Of a stretch of DNA of 64,000 nt, positions 60,061-64,000 are shown in pieces. Source of the stretch: a bacterium (GTDB taxonomy: Bacteria; Patescibacteriota; Saccharimonadia; Saccharimonadales; JAUPVS01); contig JAKOXV010000003.1 in assembly GCA_029780855.1 (NCBI GenBank), forward strand, positions 20,953 to 84,952, in the 5' to 3' direction. Positions within the stretch are counted from its first letter, which is position 1, and every line of letters begins with the position of its first letter. Both the position numbers and the translations under genes were made by a program. A model generated the notes under the pieces. It saw only the letters and a program-made list of their open reading frames with translations, had not been told where the DNA came from and did no database searches.

Positions 60061-60217
60061 ATATATTTCTCCCTGGGTACTCCAAAACCACTCCATATAT
60101 GGCCGGTCCCATTTTATTTTTGATTGTGTTTTTGTCTTTCGTTGAGGTAATGTCTCATTTACCTCTTCTACGAAGTAGTTTCAGTTTGTCACAAAGCGCA
60201 TATGCTTGTCAACAATT

Positions 60218-60646
60218 TTACTGCTGTTTTGTACGACGTTGATGCTCAGCTGCAATTTTGCTATGTAAACGATGTAATAATGGGCTGGTTTCAAGCTTGT
60301 CGTGAATAGTGTGGAACTCGTCGTTCAGCAATCCTAAGTCATGATCGGTCATGTCTTCAAGATCAATAAATGAATTTCGGGCATGCTGCGTAACGCGAAT
60401 AAGTTCATCCAGCTTTAGCTGCATGGCTTTACTGTCCCGGTTTTGAGTGTTCTGAATTAAAAACACCATTAAAAAGGTGATGATGGTTGTACTGGTGTTT
60501 ATTACGAGTTGCCAGGTATCGGAATAGTGAAACACCGGCCCGGTCAGCGCCCACACGATAATAACGGTCAGAGCCAGCACGAACGCATAGGCGGTTCCGG
60601 TGGCAAAAGAGGTACGAGCGGCGAACTTTCGAAATATTTCTTTCAT
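60218..60646 (-). CDS. Low-affinity iron permease family protein
   Basis: 'SDTWQLVINTSTTIITFLMVFLIQNTQNRD..A.QLKLDELI'. Confidence 0.92.
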   Translation of the reverse strand: MKEIFRKFAARTSFATGTAYAFVLALTVIIVWALTGPVFHYSDTWQLVINTSTTIITFLMVFLIQNTQNRDSKAMQLKLDELIRVTQHARNSFIDLEDMTDHDLGLLNDEFHTIHDKLETSPLLHRLHSKIAAEHQRRTKQQ

Positions 60647-60757
60647 GACTTCTTTCTTAATTGTACGGTAATCTATATAATAACCTACAGCATAATAAAA
60701 CAAATATGAACATGTTCAGTACGCAAACACCAAATAGGGTCAGAGGGAGCTAGGATA

Positions 60758-62455
60758 GTGCATACCAGTATTTTCACCCAGCTTGCCCTTATTATTACCC
60801 TCGCTACCGTAGTATCACTGGTTATGCGATTGATTCGGCAACCGCTGATAATCGGCTATATCCTCACCGGAATCATTGTCGGGCCGTCAGTGCTGCACTT
60901 AGTAAAATCACCAGAAACAATCGAGGTTTTCTCTAATATCGGAATTGCCCTACTGCTATTTATTATTGGGCTGGGATTAAACCCAAGGGTCATTAAAGAA
61001 GTCGGCAAGGTAGCTGCTGTCACGGGGGTGCTGCAGGTGGCAATTACTGCTGGGCTTGGTTACGGCGCCGGCATACTTTTTGGGTTTACCAAAAAAGAAG
61101 CCGCTTTCTTAGGCGTAGCGTTAGCATTTAGTAGTACCATTATTATTCTTAAACTCCTCTCCGACAAAAAAGAGCAGACCAGGCTATACGGAAAGATTGC
61201 CACCGGTTTGCTGTTAATCCAAGACATCTTAGCAACCGTTGCGCTGCTGTTTGTAACTAGCGAAGGCGGCCAGGGCCATTTTGCCGTTTCAGAACTAGCA
61301 AAACTATTTGGCAAGGGGCTCGTGATCGCGGTACCGCTCCTTCTAATCGGAAATATGATCCTACCACGTCTGCACAAATTTATTGCCGGAAGCCCGGAGT
61401 TTTTGTTCCTATTCGCTATCGGCTGGGGCTTTGGAAGCGCTGCGCTATTTGAAGTAACCGGTTTTTCGCTTGAAATTGGTGCGCTGATTGCCGGTATCGC
61501 CCTTGCGGCACTTCCCTACACGCAAGAGATTAGTTCACGGTTGCGTCCACTGCGTGATTTCTTCATCGTCGTATTCTTTATTGCGCTTGGTACAAGATTA
61601 AACTTTTCGGGATTCGGCGATATCGTCCCAATACTACTGGTGTCTTGTGTCATCGTAGTCGTCATGAAACCAGTCCTCGTCACCTTGATCACCGGATTGC
61701 TAGGCTATACTAAACGAACAAGTTTCAAGGCCGGAATTGCTACTGCCCAAATCAGTGAATTTTCGCTCGTCTTTGTGTTTTTAGCTAACAAACAGGGGCT
61801 CGTAGGGGATCAACTAACCTCCCTGGTTACCCTGGTGGCGCTCGTTACCATAGCAATTTCAGCATACCTCATCACCTACTCTGATGGCCTGTATATCTTT
61901 TTTGAAAAGCACTTCTTGATGTTTGAACGGCGTAAAACCCACGCCGACCGCCATGGCAAAGAAACCTATGAAATGGTGCTTTTTGGTTACCGCAAGGGCG
62001 GCCATGAATTCATGAAGGTATTTCAGGGACTCAAGAAAAAGTTTGTGGTGGTGGACTATGACCCGGAAGTCATCGATATTCTTGAGCACCAGAAAGTCGA
62101 TTACGTGTATGGCGATGTCACTGATATTGAACTGTTAGAGGAGATAAATCTTGATAAGGTTCGGCTAGTGGTATCGACTATTACCGATTACAATACCACC
62201 CAATCACTAGTGAAGCTCATGGATACGGTTAATCCAAATGCTGTGGTCATTTGTCATGCCGATTCAATCGAGGAAGCATCTTCACTTTACGATGCCGGAG
62301 CCAGCTACGTCATGCTACCCCACTACATTGGGAGTGAAAAAATTAGCGCCTTTATCAAAAAAAGTGGGCTCAAGAAGAGCGAGTTCAAGCGTTTCAGGGA
62401 AAAGCACCTGGCCTACCTACAAACCCACAGTACCGACTACGCAACCGAATCGTAA
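60758..62455 (+). CDS. Kef-type cation:proton antiporter (CPA2) with C-terminal KTN/TrkA_N domain
   Basis: QPLIIGYI, LLFIIGL, FSST, IQD, QISEFS; GYRKGG...YGD. Confidence 0.93.
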   Translation: MHTSIFTQLALIITLATVVSLVMRLIRQPLIIGYILTGIIVGPSVLHLVKSPETIEVFSNIGIALLLFIIGLGLNPRVIKEVGKVAAVTGVLQVAITAGLGYGAGILFGFTKKEAAFLGVALAFSSTIIILKLLSDKKEQTRLYGKIATGLLLIQDILATVALLFVTSEGGQGHFAVSELAKLFGKGLVIAVPLLLIGNMILPRLHKFIAGSPEFLFLFAIGWGFGSAALFEVTGFSLEIGALIAGIALAALPYTQEISSRLRPLRDFFIVVFFIALGTRLNFSGFGDIVPILLVSCVIVVVMKPVLVTLITGLLGYTKRTSFKAGIATAQISEFSLVFVFLANKQGLVGDQLTSLVTLVALVTIAISAYLITYSDGLYIFFEKHFLMFERRKTHADRHGKETYEMVLFGYRKGGHEFMKVFQGLKKKFVVVDYDPEVIDILEHQKVDYVYGDVTDIELLEEINLDKVRLVVSTITDYNTTQSLVKLMDTVNPNAVVICHADSIEEASSLYDAGASYVMLPHYIGSEKISAFIKKSGLKKSEFKRFREKHLAYLQTHSTDYATES

Positions 62456-62994
62456 AGTTTGTGCGACACAATGTATTGACCAACTTCTTTGGGTACATAG
62501 CGCTCTAGGTCTGTTTTTGTTGTACGTATGATCGACGAAGAAATGTCGCGAGCCTCCGTGGTGATTGTGACATGTTCAAACGGTAGCTCTGCCATTTGAT
62601 CGTTGCTACGCAAGCCAATCACAAACTGTACGTTCCGCTGCAACACATCAAAATCTGGCCAGTGCGGTACATCAAGCGCCAGATCACTACCAATCAGCAT
62701 TACTATGTTCCCGAACTCTTTTTCTAGTTCTGGCAACGAATCGCGGACAGTGAAGGTCTGCTGCTGCAGATCGTACAATCCTAGCCTGGGGTTGGTATGG
62801 GTGGCCAGCCAAACCATGTTCATTCTGTCTCTCAGCGCACTGACGTGCTGTTTCCTACGAGGCGTTGGTTCGACCAAGAAAACTACCTCGTCAACAAATC
62901 CTTTGTCTATGGCTGCATTTGCAAAAGCCAGGTGTCCTTTATGGATGGGGTCAAAAACACCGCTGTATATCCCGACTTTACTCATGCTCTTCAT
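62437..62994 (-). CDS. nadD: Nicotinate-nucleotide adenylyltransferase-like protein
   Basis: SGVFDPIHKGH, LIGSD, ISSSIIR, V.QYI..HKLY. Confidence 0.8.
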   Translation of the reverse strand: MKSMSKVGIYSGVFDPIHKGHLAFANAAIDKGFVDEVVFLVEPTPRRKQHVSALRDRMNMVWLATHTNPRLGLYDLQQQTFTVRDSLPELEKEFGNIVMLIGSDLALDVPHWPDFDVLQRNVQFVIGLRSNDQMAELPFEHVTITTEARDISSSIIRTTKTDLERYVPKEVGQYIVSHKLYDSVA

Positions 62995-63042
62995 TATATG
63001 TCATATTGCGTTACGGTCTCCATGAGCAGTAAAACGAATGTT

Positions 63043-63213
63043 TTATTCGGCTGGAATCCCCTCACAGCACTTAGTGGGCATTTTACATTCCGGGCAAACA
63101 AAGTGGCCGTGCACGGGCACTATCGGGTAGTGCCCGCAATTGTCACAAAAGAACTCTGGAGACCGCTCTTTAATAAGCTCTTTGTAGATGCCGTCCTGAT
63201 CAGTGTCATTCAT
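63043..63213 (-). CDS. 56-aa Cys/His zinc-finger microprotein, absent from the ORF track
   Basis: ...FFCDNCGHYPIVPVHGHFVCPECKMPTKCCEGIPAE*; AGGTG upstream. Confidence 0.8.
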   Translation of the reverse strand: MNDTDQDGIYKELIKERSPEFFCDNCGHYPIVPVHGHFVCPECKMPTKCCEGIPAE

Positions 63214-63237
63214 ACACCTATTTTACTCGCTTTTCGA

Positions 63238-64000
63238 TCAGCAGCGGACGCTAATTCCACACTTTTTGCATTTTTCCAGCAATTTGTTACGGGGTCGTTT
63301 ATTAGTGTGGCCACGCTGGCACTTAAACTTTAGTGAACCGTATTTATCTTCTTCGGACTTGTTTCCATAACCAGCTTGTCCCAGCTGTTCTTGCGTAGGT
63401 ATATTCTCGGCTCCCAACGTTAAGCCACAACCACTGAAAGATCTCCCCGCCCGATCAGCTTCCCTGCCGGCTTTAACTATTTCATTCATGAGTTCCGTCA
63501 GGCTAATAGTACATGGCATTCGCTCGTTTAGACCTGCCGTAAGGGCAGTGCTTGATGCGGCCGTGTAGCGCTTCTGGATCGTTGCCGCTATATCGCGCAG
63601 AAACCCGGGGTTATCGCCAAACTTTTGTGCAGTTTCGGTGTACAGGCCAAGTAAATCATGCTGCTCACACACGAACTCATAGGTATTAATCGAGTGGTCA
63701 GTCTGCCTGCCTGCATACCAACTACCACCGTACCGCTCTGCCAATGCGCGATCATACACGCCGGTAAGTTGATCAATTAAAAATTCATTTGGCGCCTCTC
63801 CGGTCTTAAGGAGCATGCGCTGTCCGAGCAGCTCCCCTTCTGCCGGAATAAAACCTAGCGCAAAATACATCGCTTCTAGGGCTGCTCTGTCGCTTTGGTC
63901 TAAACTCTGAGATTGCATGATCATGCGGCCATCATTTGTCTTGGTGAGCACCCGTAGCATGGTAGTTTTACGCCCTACGTTATAGCCACCAACGTCTCGG
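63238..64000 (-). CDS. Hypothetical protein with C-terminal zinc ribbon (5' end outside the window)
   Basis: Frame open to the window edge; 'FKCQRGH...CKKCG' at the C-terminus. Confidence 0.7.
   Translation of the reverse strand, partial: RDVGGYNVGRKTTMLRVLTKTNDGRMIMQSQSLDQSDRAALEAMYFALGFIPAEGELLGQRMLLKTGEAPNEFLIDQLTGVYDRALAERYGGSWYAGRQTDHSINTYEFVCEQHDLLGLYTETAQKFGDNPGFLRDIAATIQKRYTAASSTALTAGLNERMPCTISLTELMNEIVKAGREADRAGRSFSGCGLTLGAENIPTQEQLGQAGYGNKSEEDKYGSLKFKCQRGHTNKRPRNKLLEKCKKCGISVRC

Noticed and set aside
1..64000. CRISPR array, IS/transposase, prophage, rRNA, riboswitch, known anti-phage system
   Set aside because: No spaced direct repeats or hallmark proteins were recognised by eye. 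A covariance-model or defence-HMM scan could still find weak cases.

Overview
Chromosomal window from a small-genome bacterium, very probably Candidatus Saccharibacteria (Patescibacteria/CPR). This is inferred from the truncated HrcA, short non-discriminating AspRS, ComEC without a nuclease domain, many class III signal-peptide (pilin-like) genes, dense packing and many ORFans. Genetic code 11 is used (TGA ends normal genes). Core content: minor type IV pilins, ruvCAB, yebC, comEC, hrcA-grpE-dnaK-dnaJ with two CIRCE boxes, gmk-like, bcp, lepA, murJ, ftsH, tilS, a P-type ATPase, VKOR and DsbA, dus, an ABC-2 exporter, murC, tsaC, mutY, aspS, a Kef-type antiporter, nadD-like, and four tRNAs (Lys-UUU plus all three CAU tRNAs). 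No CRISPR array, IS, prophage or rRNA was seen. The most interesting items are: (1) a RimB-RimK / second ATP-grasp / HExxH peptidase / GGDEF neighbourhood that may be a c-di-GMP-linked peptide tagging and untagging system; (2) unannotated microproteins, including a 38-aa mini-pilin, a promoter- and terminator-bounded pair of micro-ORFs between two tRNA-Met genes, and a Cys/His zinc microprotein; (3) an adjacent dockerin and membrane-anchored cohesin pair; (4) widespread leaderless-type gene starts together with an initiator tRNA lacking one of the three anticodon-stem G-C pairs; (5) a pilin pseudogene with two lesions and a gene split by an in-frame UGA. All functional calls come from motif recognition by eye, with no database searches.
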